This document shows positions 1 through 8,963 of a stretch of DNA of 64,000 nucleotides, in pieces. Source of the stretch: Acidimicrobiales bacterium. GTDB taxonomy: Bacteria > Actinomycetota > Acidimicrobiia > Acidimicrobiales > Bog-793. The position numbers were made by a program, and so were the translations under genes. The stretch lies in the NCBI GenBank assembly GCA_049514105.1, contig JBEKVJ010000003.1, positions 17,304 through 81,303 on the forward strand. The letters run 5' to 3'. The notes under the pieces are model-generated. The model saw only the letters and a list, made by a program, of their open reading frames with translations, made no database searches and had not been told where the DNA came from. The stretch's first letter is position 1; every line of letters starts with the position of its first letter.

Positions 1-562
1 CGCCGGAGACCCTTCCGTCCTGCAGGCTGATTCCGTCGACCTTCGTCCCCGTGAGGACCTTGGCACCGGCGGCGCGAGCCCTGCGCACGAGGGTGTTCGC
101 GAGCATCGTGGCATCGAAGAAGCCATCGTCCGGGCACCATCCAGCGCCAAGCACTCCGTCGAGGTTGAGGTCTGGGATCACCCCGCGGATCTTCTCGTGA
201 TCGTGCCAGTACTCAGCCCGGTAACCGGAGGCCACAGTCAGATCGACCGCTTGCTGGACGTACATCTCGTAGTCCTTGTACGGCGCGACCGTCAAGGTTC
301 CGGTTTGCTCAAATCCTGTTGAACCAGGCTCTTCTGCCTCGAGATTCGTATAGAACTTGAATCCGAACAGGCGGACGGACCAGAACTCGTGGGCAACCGA
401 GTCGTCGATAAGACAGAACGTCGCAGCCGATTTTGCCGTTGTCCCAGAGCCGATCGTGGCCTTTTCGAATAACGTGACATCGGCGTCGGGATAACTGCTC
501 AGGAAGTAGGCGATTGAGCTGCCTACGATTCCACCGCCTATCACCCCAATTCTCTTTCTCAT
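1..562 (-). CDS. FAD-dependent oxidoreductase, DAO / sarcosine-oxidase-beta-like family (C-terminus runs off the window)
   Basis: Not in the ORF track. Manual translation from ATG 562 gives MRKRIGVIGGGIVGSSIAYFL...FEKATIGSGTTAKSAA (GxGxxG plus GTT motif) and later ...PDDGFFD. SD GAAGGAGGAG lies just upstream. Confidence 0.85.
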   Translation of the reverse strand, partial: MRKRIGVIGGGIVGSSIAYFLSSYPDADVTLFEKATIGSGTTAKSAATFCLIDDSVAHEFWSVRLFGFKFYTNLEAEEPGSTGFEQTGTLTVAPYKDYEMYVQQAVDLTVASGYRAEYWHDHEKIRGVIPDLNLDGVLGAGWCPDDGFFDATMLANTLVRRARAAGAKVLTGTKVDGISLQDGRVSG

Positions 563-609
563 TTCTCCTCCTTCTTAAGAGTCATCTCCGACTCCTCGCT
601 CGCGATCAT

Positions 610-1581
610 CTACATCCAGACCGGGCGCGCGTCCCGTTCCCGGAGTCGCTCTACCAATACGGGCAGGAACTCATCGAGGTCAGCCACGACGCCGATGTCC
701 GCCTGCGCAAAAATGGCTGCGTCCTCGTCGTTGTTGATGCACGCAATCACTCGCGAGTCTCTAATGCCGACCACGTGCTGGATGGCACCCGAGATGCCGA
801 CCGCTAGGCACAACTCCGGCTTTACCTTGGCTCCAGACAGACCGATCCACTCGGGGAACCAATCTCGATCCGACGACACCGGTCTCGAGCAGCTCAGCTG
901 TCCGTCCAAGAGTTCGGCCAAGACGCCGAGCAGCTTGAGGTCCTCAATCTTCTTAACACCGCGACCTACATCGACAACGGTCTTCGCTTCTTGTAGTCGA
1001 GATCCGCTTGTCGGCTTTGGCTTTTCTGCTGTCACCGTCGGCCGGCTCGGTTCCTCTTCAACAACGAGCGAGTCGAGTCTGGCGGTACGGCCCTCTTCAT
1101 TGAATTCCTCGAAAATCCCCGCGCCTACCGACAGCACGGTGACAGGGCGCAAGAACCGGTGCTTTGCCAGCCCGTTGCCTGCGTACAGCATGCAGCTGGC
1201 TGTCACCGCAGCGTTGTCCGAATCGATCTCGATCGAGACCGCCCAGGCAGCATACGAAGCCTGACAGCGCTCGACGACTCGGGGGCCAACTTCCATTCCT
1301 GTCTTGGTCGCACCTACCAGGACGACTGTCGGCTGTGACCTTGCTATTGCGAGCACAAGCAGTGCGGCCGATTCCGACGCGTTCATGACCCGGTTGTCGG
1401 TTGCGTAGACAACGTCGGCACCGTGGACCGCGTACAGATCAAGCTCGGAGGGACTGACTGCGCCGGAGACGCAAATACCGATCTCGCCGCCAACTGCCGT
1501 ACCGAGCCGCCGGGCCTCGCCGACAAGCTCCAGCGCCAAGGCCGGGCGGTCGCTCCAAACCAGGATCGATGCTGGCATCAC
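610..1581 (-). CDS. etfA: Electron transfer flavoprotein alpha subunit (FixB family)
   Basis: IGLSG..VKPEL.LAVGISGAIQH..GI, INND..AAIF and D.G.VAD motifs. Confidence 0.93.
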   Translation of the reverse strand: MMPASILVWSDRPALALELVGEARRLGTAVGGEIGICVSGAVSPSELDLYAVHGADVVYATDNRVMNASESAALLVLAIARSQPTVVLVGATKTGMEVGPRVVERCQASYAAWAVSIEIDSDNAAVTASCMLYAGNGLAKHRFLRPVTVLSVGAGIFEEFNEEGRTARLDSLVVEEEPSRPTVTAEKPKPTSGSRLQEAKTVVDVGRGVKKIEDLKLLGVLAELLDGQLSCSRPVSSDRDWFPEWIGLSGAKVKPELCLAVGISGAIQHVVGIRDSRVIACINNDEDAAIFAQADIGVVADLDEFLPVLVERLRERDARPVWM

Positions 1582-2378
1582 GCACCGTTTCTCAAGACGA
1601 GAATCTCCTCATCGACCAAGGCGTCGATGAATTTGTCGGCAAGCTCCTTCAGTTCATGTGCTCTGAGCACGAGCTGACGACGGTTCGCGACCACACCGCT
1701 CTCCGAAAGCTCGATGTACCCAAAACTCTCGTCCAATAGATCCTTGTGCAAGCCAAGGTCGTCGAGACTTAGGACCTTGATTGGCTTCTTCTGAGCCTTC
1801 ATCGCCTGGAGCAAAGTGATGGTCCTTGGCAGGAAGGCTTCTTCTGCCACGCTCACGACCGCGGGAAGAGATGTGCTCACGGTTTGCAGGCAGTCTTCAA
1901 GATCCCGGTCCGCTGTCAGATTCCCCGCGGTCATCTCGAGCGCGCAGGCATAGGAGACAAACGGCAGACCCAGACGCTCAGCAAGACGCGGCCCGGTTTG
2001 ATACGAGTAGCCATCATCACTTGCAAATCCGCAGATGATCATGTCTGCAGGGCCTCGCTCACGAATCACCGCCTCAAGAACTTGCACAACAACACCCGCA
2101 TCAGCGCTGCCCTCGTATGGGTCTTCGATCACCGTCGCCTCGTCGGCGCCCATCGCCAGGAGGTCTTTCATTGCGCCCTGTGCAGCGGGCGGACCAAAGC
2201 ACACCACCTCAACAAGGGCGTCGGTCGATTGCTTCAGGCGAACGGCCGCTTCGACGGCCCCTCGGTCCAGGTCGCCAAAACGTTGTGGCGCGCCAATCAG
2301 GTGTAATGCACGCGTCGACGGATCGACCCTGATCTCCGCCACATCCATCGAGTACTTCACCAAGGTGATGATCTTCAC
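1578..2378 (-). CDS. etfB: Electron transfer flavoprotein beta subunit (FixA family)
   Basis: MKIITLVK, AVEAAVRLK, LAMGAD, G..SDDG...QTGP..A..LG.P motifs; overlaps etfA. Confidence 0.93.
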   Translation of the reverse strand: MKIITLVKYSMDVAEIRVDPSTRALHLIGAPQRFGDLDRGAVEAAVRLKQSTDALVEVVCFGPPAAQGAMKDLLAMGADEATVIEDPYEGSADAGVVVQVLEAVIRERGPADMIICGFASDDGYSYQTGPRLAERLGLPFVSYACALEMTAGNLTADRDLEDCLQTVSTSLPAVVSVAEEAFLPRTITLLQAMKAQKKPIKVLSLDDLGLHKDLLDESFGYIELSESGVVANRRQLVLRAHELKELADKFIDALVDEEILVLRNGA

Positions 2379-2498
2379 CGTGCTCCTCCGACTTGTGCGG
2401 GTCTGGGATACACCCGGCGATGACTCCGAGCGCTGACCTCTTGACGGCGCTCACCGACAACGACGCCCGCCGCAGAGGTCAGCACTCCAGGCTCCCTC

Positions 2499-3554
2499 TC
2501 AGGGAACTATGCAAGCCATCACGCCCTTTTGGGCGTGCAGCCGGTTCTCGGCCTCGTCGTAGCACGGCGTACCCCACTTCGGGTCGTCGAGCACCGCGTC
2601 GGTCACTTCGTAGCCCCTCTCACACGGGAGGCAGTGCATGTAGAACGCTGAGTTCTTCGCCATGCTCATGCGCTTCTCGTCAGCGATCCAGCCGCGATAG
2701 CCCTCGAACAACTTGCGCATTTCCTCATGTTTCGCCTCTGAGCTCACAGGCGGGAGCAGGTCCAGGCATACATAGTTCTTGGCGTAGACGACATCTGCAG
2801 ACTCGCAAGCGTCTTCCATGTTGTCCACAACGCTGTACGAGCCGCCATTCAGCTCCACGTTTGCCTTGATCGCGGCCTCCACGTCTGGATCGATCCTCAT
2901 CTCCGCCGGATGGGAGAAGACGATGTCAGGTCCGAAGTAGCTCGCGGCGTACATGAAGTCGTGGTGAGGAGCGATCGGCTTCTTCGTGCTCGGTGAGTAC
3001 GTCCACGAAACGGCGAGTTTGCGGCCGCGGAGGTCTCTTCCCAGGTTCTCCCACAGGGTCATGGCGTCAGCCATGCCCTGATTGGGGTGGTACTTATTGT
3101 CTTCCATGTTGATAACCGGGACATCAGAGTACTTGGCGAACTCCTCGATGATCCTGAGTGACTTCTCGTACTCCCAGTCCACGGCGCCACCAAGGATACG
3201 AATGGCGATCGCGTCGCCCATCCTCGAGAGGACGCGGGCCATGTCGGCAATCCGCTCGGACTGGTAGGGCACGTCTTCGCCCTCGAGTGTTGGAAGCCGC
3301 GACGAGGAAGGCTCAAGGAAGTGGGCATGGCCACCGAGTTGAAAGATTCCCGCCTCGAAACTGTTTCGGGTGCGCAGGGAAGGATTAAAGAACATCATAA
3401 GCAGGGTCCGTACCGGCAAGATGTCCTGATGCGACCTGCGCATCTTGTTGTCCGACTTTAGGCGGAGGCCGATTTCAAGCATCGTTTCGATTTCCTGACG
3501 GTTGAAATCGCGTAGCGTGATGAAATCTCGGCCCTTGAGGTCTCTCGTGATCAC
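2499..3554 (-). CDS. Carbamoyltransferase, knotted AOTCase/YgeW-like subfamily; substrate unknown
   Basis: FFNPSLRTRNSF, HPNQ, SWTYSPSTKKP, YMHCLP, EAENRLH. Confidence 0.85.
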   Translation of the reverse strand: MITRDLKGRDFITLRDFNRQEIETMLEIGLRLKSDNKMRRSHQDILPVRTLLMMFFNPSLRTRNSFEAGIFQLGGHAHFLEPSSSRLPTLEGEDVPYQSERIADMARVLSRMGDAIAIRILGGAVDWEYEKSLRIIEEFAKYSDVPVINMEDNKYHPNQGMADAMTLWENLGRDLRGRKLAVSWTYSPSTKKPIAPHHDFMYAASYFGPDIVFSHPAEMRIDPDVEAAIKANVELNGGSYSVVDNMEDACESADVVYAKNYVCLDLLPPVSSEAKHEEMRKLFEGYRGWIADEKRMSMAKNSAFYMHCLPCERGYEVTDAVLDDPKWGTPCYDEAENRLHAQKGVMACIVP

Positions 3555-3621
3555 TTTGGATTCTCCTTTCGAGTAGCTATCGGCTGTTGGGTTGATTCGG
3601 ATACCGCGGACGATGTCCTGT

Positions 3622-4596
3622 TTATCCTTCGCTGAACATGTCCCTCCACTTAGCCCCCACGCGTTCCATTTCGGAGACTGCTCCGGTGCGGCGCATCCTG
3701 TGCAGCCGCATCATCCCCCGCTGCCACTCGGTCACCCAGTTGGCTGCAAACTCTCCCCGCGAGGTCTCCTCGAAGACTCTTTCTATTTCATCCCGGTTGA
3801 TGACCCGGGGCCCAGTCATTCGAACTGCGAACTCGCATGTACGGCTGCTCCGCTTCGAGATGTACTCCTCAATGCCTACCCCGTCCATTACGTCGACGAC
3901 CGACCGCAGCGACCTGATGGCCTTGGCGTAGGCGAAGTAGGCCGGGTAGCCGTTCGCGACCATCACCTCGAAGGTCGCTCGCATCAAGGCGATCGTTCCC
4001 CCGTAAAGGACCTGCTCTTCGAAGTTGTCACCTTCGGTCTCCGAGCAGAAGTCGACCTCGACGACACCGACTCGAGTGCTACCGAGCCCCTTCGCGATCC
4101 CGAGCACCACCTGCAGGGCATCGCCCGTCGCATCTTGCTCAACAGCGACTGCCCCATAAATTCCGGACCCCTTGAGGTATTTCTCCCTTACTAGATGCCC
4201 AGGCCCGTTCGGAACGAACAAAGAAATGTTGACATCTGAGGGTGGCTCAATGAGCCCGTAGACGATGTTAAAGCCGTGAGCAAAGACGAGTGACTTGCCA
4301 GGCCTCAAGTTCGACTTAATCGAGCTTTCATAGATCGCCGGCTGCGCTGGGTCGGCCACCAGGAGGCAAACGACGTCCGCCTGACTCGTCGCTTCAGACA
4401 GGGACAACACGCTCCAGCCGTCATCTTCGGCGTTCTTATCGGCACGAGATTCGTCGCCGACGATCACCTTGAGACCGCTGTCTCGGAGGTTCAGAGCCCA
4501 GGCCCTACCCTGAATTCCATAACCAAGAACGGCGATTACTTTATCCTTCAGCGAATCGAGGGTGGCGTCCTCGTCTCTGTAGACCTGGTTTAGCAT
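3622..4596 (-). CDS. Ketol-acid reductoisomerase (IlvC) family paralog with a divergent active site
   Basis: GYGIQG..ALNLRDSG, HGFNI, GPGH.VR, ETEGDNFEEQ; canonical AYFECLHE is replaced by AYAKAIRS. Confidence 0.85.
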   Translation of the reverse strand: MLNQVYRDEDATLDSLKDKVIAVLGYGIQGRAWALNLRDSGLKVIVGDESRADKNAEDDGWSVLSLSEATSQADVVCLLVADPAQPAIYESSIKSNLRPGKSLVFAHGFNIVYGLIEPPSDVNISLFVPNGPGHLVREKYLKGSGIYGAVAVEQDATGDALQVVLGIAKGLGSTRVGVVEVDFCSETEGDNFEEQVLYGGTIALMRATFEVMVANGYPAYFAYAKAIRSLRSVVDVMDGVGIEEYISKRSSRTCEFAVRMTGPRVINRDEIERVFEETSRGEFAANWVTEWQRGMMRLHRMRRTGAVSEMERVGAKWRDMFSEG

Positions 4597-4821
4597 TAGC
4601 TCGTTCCTCCCCCTATGTGTGCGTGTTTGCTGAACCCTGATAATGCATTTGGCGACTGCCTAACCCGACTTTTGCGACCGGGCGAGCCGTAAGACCACAG
4701 AGCACTGTTCGGATCCGAAAGAAAAGCGCCTCGGGCACCTTGGTCGGTTTCCAGATCCACAAACTCTGTATTCAAGGTGCTTGCGTCTTTTGGAAGATGA
4801 CGACCATCTGGTTCCATTCGT

Positions 4822-6162
4822 TCACTTGCTCCGGGAAAGGAGCTCTCCCCGGGCAACCTTCCCGTCAGCAAGTTGACCGCGCAGGATCGTGGAGCGGACA
4901 ACTCCCCTCAGCTTGCAGCCTTCATAGGGCGTGACGGGATTCTTGTGGTGCAGACTCGTCGCTTCGACCACAAGGGGCTCATCGGGCGCGAAGACACAGA
5001 AATCGGCGTCGCGGCCGAGCTCAATTTTACCTTTTGTTGGCAGTCCAACCAGGCGAGCAGGACGCTCGGACATCCACTTGGCAACGTGGGCCAAGGAAAA
5101 GCCTCGGGCCCGAGCCTGCGTCCAGACCAACGGCAGGGTGATTTGTAGCGAAGCGATGCCACCCCACGCTGAGCCGAAGTCGCCGTCTCCGCGGGCCTTC
5201 AACTCTGGCGTACTCGGCGAATGGTCGGACACGACAAGGTCTATGGTTCCTGATCGAAGCCCACCCCAGAGCAGCTCGCGGTTCTCTGTTTCGCGGATCG
5301 GCGGGCAGCATTTGAAGTAGGTCGCCTCGTCGGGGATCTTCTCGGCGCTCAGGTAAAGGTAGTGCGGGCAGGTCTCAACGCTGACGAGCACGCCGTCCCG
5401 CTTGGCGGAGGTGATCATTGCGAGAGCATCCGAGCTAGACAGATGACAGATGTGTGCTCGAGCGCCTGTTACCCGTGCGGCTTCGATCACCTGGGCAACA
5501 GCCAGGTTCTCGTAACCCCGAGGGCGTGAGTTCAGATAGGCGGCATACTTTTTGCTATGAAGTGTCGGGCGTCCGACTGACGCAGAGTCATTCTCGGCGT
5601 GGACGAACAGCGGAAGATCGCAATCCGCGAGGCTGCGAAGCGCTTGCTGCATAGTTGCGAAGCTGACCGGCGGAAACTCAGCCAACCCGGAGTCAGCCAG
5701 GAAGCACTTGAAACCGAGCACTCCGGCCTCACGAAGTGGTACGAGATTGCTCAGCTTGTCCGAGACCACTCCTCCGAGGAATCCGACGTCGACGTAGCAC
5801 TGCCCTGCGGCTGACTGCCTCTTGAGGTTCAGCGCCCCCACATCAGTCGTTACAGGAAGGCTGTTGAGAGGCATGTCTACGATCGTCGTGATACCACCAG
5901 CACAAGCTGCGCGGGTTGCGGTCGTGAATCCTTCCCAGTCCGTGTGGCCGGGCTCGTTAACATGCACGTGCGAGTCGACGAGCCCTGGCATCAGAACCAC
6001 GTCGGACTCAAGATCCCAGACATCCCGTGCCCGAAGAACAGCGTCCAGCGGTTCGATAGCGGCGATACGACCGGCGCGAACACCGATCGAACGCGCCACC
6101 TCTCCTTCGCCGGGGATGATGACCCGCGGGGCCAAGATGACTAGGTCGAGGTTCTCAGCCAC
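4822..6162 (-). CDS. allB: Allantoinase-like cyclic amidohydrolase
   Basis: PGLVDSHVHVNEPG, WEGF.TAT.AA..GGITT..DMPLNS, ETCPHYL, FKCCPPIR, SDHSP, WGGIASLQ. Start placed at GTG 6162, overlapping the upstream stop. Confidence 0.85.
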   Translation of the reverse strand: MAENLDLVILAPRVIIPGEGEVARSIGVRAGRIAAIEPLDAVLRARDVWDLESDVVLMPGLVDSHVHVNEPGHTDWEGFTTATRAACAGGITTIVDMPLNSLPVTTDVGALNLKRQSAAGQCYVDVGFLGGVVSDKLSNLVPLREAGVLGFKCFLADSGLAEFPPVSFATMQQALRSLADCDLPLFVHAENDSASVGRPTLHSKKYAAYLNSRPRGYENLAVAQVIEAARVTGARAHICHLSSSDALAMITSAKRDGVLVSVETCPHYLYLSAEKIPDEATYFKCCPPIRETENRELLWGGLRSGTIDLVVSDHSPSTPELKARGDGDFGSAWGGIASLQITLPLVWTQARARGFSLAHVAKWMSERPARLVGLPTKGKIELGRDADFCVFAPDEPLVVEATSLHHKNPVTPYEGCKLRGVVRSTILRGQLADGKVARGELLSRSK

Positions 6163-7198
6163 TGGAATGCCCAGCGGAGGTGATTCCAGGATCCTCTTGC
6201 TCGAAGCCGGCAATGCTCAAGAGAAGGGCCATCCGAATCGACACGCTGTAGGCGATCGCCTTGAAGTACAGCTCGCTTTGCGAGGCGTCGATTCGAAGAT
6301 CCATCTCCCCTGCCCGGCGAGGCAGCGTGTGGGTGACGTAGATCCTGTGTCCCTCTCCTTCGGCACGCTCGAGGGTCTCGTAGCGAACTAGGTACTTGTC
6401 CATCGTCGTCTTGAACGCGTCCGCTTCCGGGCCTTTCGGAGCGCTGCAGCCAGGAAGGTAGACAAGATCCATGTTGAAGATCAACTCGTTGAAACTGTCC
6501 TGTTCGAAGTCGAACTCCTCAGTGACACTGGCGCCGAGCGCGCTGAGCTTGGCGAGCACCTCCTGCGGGGTCCGCGCGCTCTTGGGCGAGGCGAGAGTTA
6601 CCTCGGCTCCAAGACGGGCCAGGCCGTAAGCCATCGAATGGCCGGTACGCGCGTGGTCCAGATCGGTGCTCGCAATGCACACCTTGAGACCGTCAACATG
6701 GCCGTAGGTGCGCCAGAGCGTGTATAGGTCCAAAAGGGCTTGAGTGGGATGCTCCCACTGCCCAAAGCCACCGTTGATGACCGGGGACTCACTTGCACCG
6801 ACAGCCCTACGAGCCTCAACGTCGTCAAAGTGACGAAGCACTATCAAGTTGGCGTACTTGGAAACGACCTTCAACATGTCGTCGAGGCTCTCTTCTTTCG
6901 CGGCAGACGACGAGATGAGAGGCGTTGTCTCGGTTAGCACTGCGCCCCCCAGCCGGTGCATCGCAGTCTCGAAACTCATCCGGGTCCGAGTACTGGGCTG
7001 AAAAAAGAGTGCGGCCATCACCTTGCCGGACAAGAGCTGGACAGCAGATCGATTCCATGGCTCAAGGCGGCGTCCCAAGTCGAACAGATCGAGAATTTGA
7101 CCGGTCGAGAGGTCATTGATTGAGAGAAGGTTGCACCGTCGTAGGCCGATCCGCTCGACAAGCGGGGAGAGGGACTCGGCGCTCTCAGCAGCACTCAT
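6155..7198 (-). CDS. Aspartate-carbamoyltransferase-like protein, divergent
   Basis: FFQPSTRTRMSFE, LRH, HPTQALLD, HTLPR; lacks the RxQxER aspartate-binding motif. Confidence 0.8.
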   Translation of the reverse strand: MSAAESAESLSPLVERIGLRRCNLLSINDLSTGQILDLFDLGRRLEPWNRSAVQLLSGKVMAALFFQPSTRTRMSFETAMHRLGGAVLTETTPLISSSAAKEESLDDMLKVVSKYANLIVLRHFDDVEARRAVGASESPVINGGFGQWEHPTQALLDLYTLWRTYGHVDGLKVCIASTDLDHARTGHSMAYGLARLGAEVTLASPKSARTPQEVLAKLSALGASVTEEFDFEQDSFNELIFNMDLVYLPGCSAPKGPEADAFKTTMDKYLVRYETLERAEGEGHRIYVTHTLPRRAGEMDLRIDASQSELYFKAIAYSVSIRMALLLSIAGFEQEDPGITSAGHSSG

Positions 7199-7389
7199 TG
7201 ACAGCTCTCCTTGCGCTCAGAGGGACAACGTGGACTTTGGACCTGCGGGCGCTTCGTCAGCATCAACCGGGTCGATGGCAAGGTCGCCACGCGGAGAAGA
7301 CCTTTCAGGGCAACGACCCTGTCGCCAGCCCGAGACCTCTGCTCAACGGGGGAGGGTGGCCCTGGGTCGATGTTTGGGACTGCTTCCAT
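7195..7389 (-). CDS. Putative 64-aa small ORF / leader of the catabolic operon
   Basis: Perfect SD AGGAGGTG 5 nt before ATG 7389; stop overlaps the next start (ATGA); no recognisable domain. Confidence 0.4.
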   Translation of the reverse strand: MEAVPNIDPGPPSPVEQRSRAGDRVVALKGLLRVATLPSTRLMLTKRPQVQSPRCPSERKESCQ

Positions 7390-7472
7390 TGGCTCACCTC
7401 CTGCCGCGGATAGATCATCTGTACACGTAGGTGTACCGGTTCGGTAGGGCCAAAAGGTCCTTGGTGACCGGG

Positions 7473-7514
7473 CTGACAAGCTGTCAGACTAGCAGGCCAT
7501 TGGATGGCTAGTCT
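7473..7514. promoter_or_regulatory. Putative GntR operator region
   Basis: CTGACA-AGC-TGTCAG palindrome, TGTCAGAC core shared with 8442-8452, and inverted repeat AGACTAGC...GCTAGTCT. Confidence 0.5.
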
Positions 7515-7675
7515 AAGGACCTTTCAAGGGGTGTGAGGAAACCTCCGCTACTGTGCCCGAGCTCGCCTGGGGACTCGGCAAGCCAGCACTTTGCACCTGC
7601 TCGAACAACGGCGGCCGGGCTGAAAGCGAACGGGCGTATCGAACAGGTCGGGTGGCGCCTCGAGCCTGGAGGCCG

Positions 7676-8458
7676 TCAGTCGGAAGGGGTCTTTTTCTCG
7701 TCTACGGTTGTCCGCCGAGCACGCTTGGGTGCAAGCCTGAGGATCGCTTTTTCCACGGCGTCGAGATGCTCCTCCATCGCTGCCGCGGCGGCCTCCCCGT
7801 CGCGGGCGATTATCGCCTCGACAACCTTCCTGTGCTCAACGGCCGCCTCTGCTCCCCTGTTGCGGAGAGTCGTAACTGCAAGCGACTGACCTTGCAGGAT
7901 CTCACGGAGATCCTCTATGAGACGCAAGAACAGCTTGTTGCCAGTCGCTTTTGCAATCGCGCAGTGGAATTGTCCATCGGCCAGAAACGCCTCTTCTGGA
8001 GTCGTCGCGACCTCTTGGCTCTCCAGGGCTTGCTTCATCTCCTCGATGTTCTCCGCGGTACGCCAATTCGCGGCCCGCCGAGCGGCCGGGACCTCGATGC
8101 ATCGACGGACCTCGTTCAAGTCGCCGGCCGAATACTGTCCAAAAGAGAGCGTCAGTTTCGTGACATTTGAGGCGACAAAGGTTCCACTCCCGGGCCGAGA
8201 CTCAGTCAGGCCCAGCGCTCGCAGTCTGCCGAGCCCCTCTCTGACGATGGGCCGGCTTACCCCGAAGCGGCGTGCAAGCTCCGCCTCGGACGGAAGACGT
8301 TCGTTTACTCCGATCCTGCCTGATTCGATGAGGGCTACCAGCTGGGCTCGAACGTCGTCGACCACGCTTCGCCGAACTATGCGATCCAAGGGCAGTGCCT
8401 CGCGTTCCCGATCCGAGCGACCAGTGGAACCGGCTGGCAGGTTGTCAGACAAATTCAC
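7676..8458 (-). CDS. GntR/FadR family transcriptional regulator
   Basis: RLPSEAELARRFGVSRPIVREGL..L...GL wHTH plus FCD domain (D.QFH..IA.ATGN). Start approximate; the ORF-track N-terminal extension is doubtful. Confidence 0.92.
   Translation of the reverse strand: MNLSDNLPAGSTGRSDREREALPLDRIVRRSVVDDVRAQLVALIESGRIGVNERLPSEAELARRFGVSRPIVREGLGRLRALGLTESRPGSGTFVASNVTKLTLSFGQYSAGDLNEVRRCIEVPAARRAANWRTAENIEEMKQALESQEVATTPEEAFLADGQFHCAIAKATGNKLFLRLIEDLREILQGQSLAVTTLRNRGAEAAVEHRKVVEAIIARDGEAAAAAMEEHLDAVEKAILRLAPKRARRTTVDEKKTPSD
8442..8452. promoter_or_regulatory. Putative GntR autoregulatory operator
   Basis: Palindrome TTGTC-A-GACAA at the GntR start. Confidence 0.5.
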
Positions 8459-8963
8459 TGCCCTACGGATAGCACACTTCAACTGAACATGCCAAGCGTC
8501 TTTGGATTGAGCTGTCTCACTGTGGAGTCGTCGGGCACAACGTGATACGTGAATGTGTCCAGGTGAGTCGCCCGACTTGCGGAAGAACGTCGGTGAGTGG
8601 AAACGACGCCATGAGTCGCTGAATTCGAACAGCGGAAGCGTTCTTGAGACGCGGGACGATGTCAAGAGATCAAAGGCCGAAGGCTTGTCTGCGGCCCAGA
8701 GATGGCGACTTTTGTGCAGCGATGTCCTCACTCACTACGAGCGGAGTCGGATGGCCGTTCAGCACACGGGGAACCGCAGAAACTCTCGGGCGCCCCACCG
8801 ACGGCGGCAGAAGCTGGACCAGCATCGTTGCACCACGTATCTGACAACGTCTCGGGCAACGGTCCGAACAGGTGGTCTCCGACTAGGCTCCGCCTCGTTT
8901 TAGGCACCGATCGGTGCCGTGACATTGTCAACCAGGCTGATCTGCCAGTGAGAGGACGTGAGG

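Noticed and set aside
4822..7198. Biosynthetic pyrB-pyrC pair
   Set aside because: The amidohydrolase has allantoinase motifs, the transcarbamylase lacks aspartate-binding residues, and no pyrR/carAB is nearby
8459..8957. Protein-coding gene or IS remnant between GntR and GH1
   Set aside because: Short ORFs have no recognisable motifs; no terminal inverted repeats or transposase signature seen
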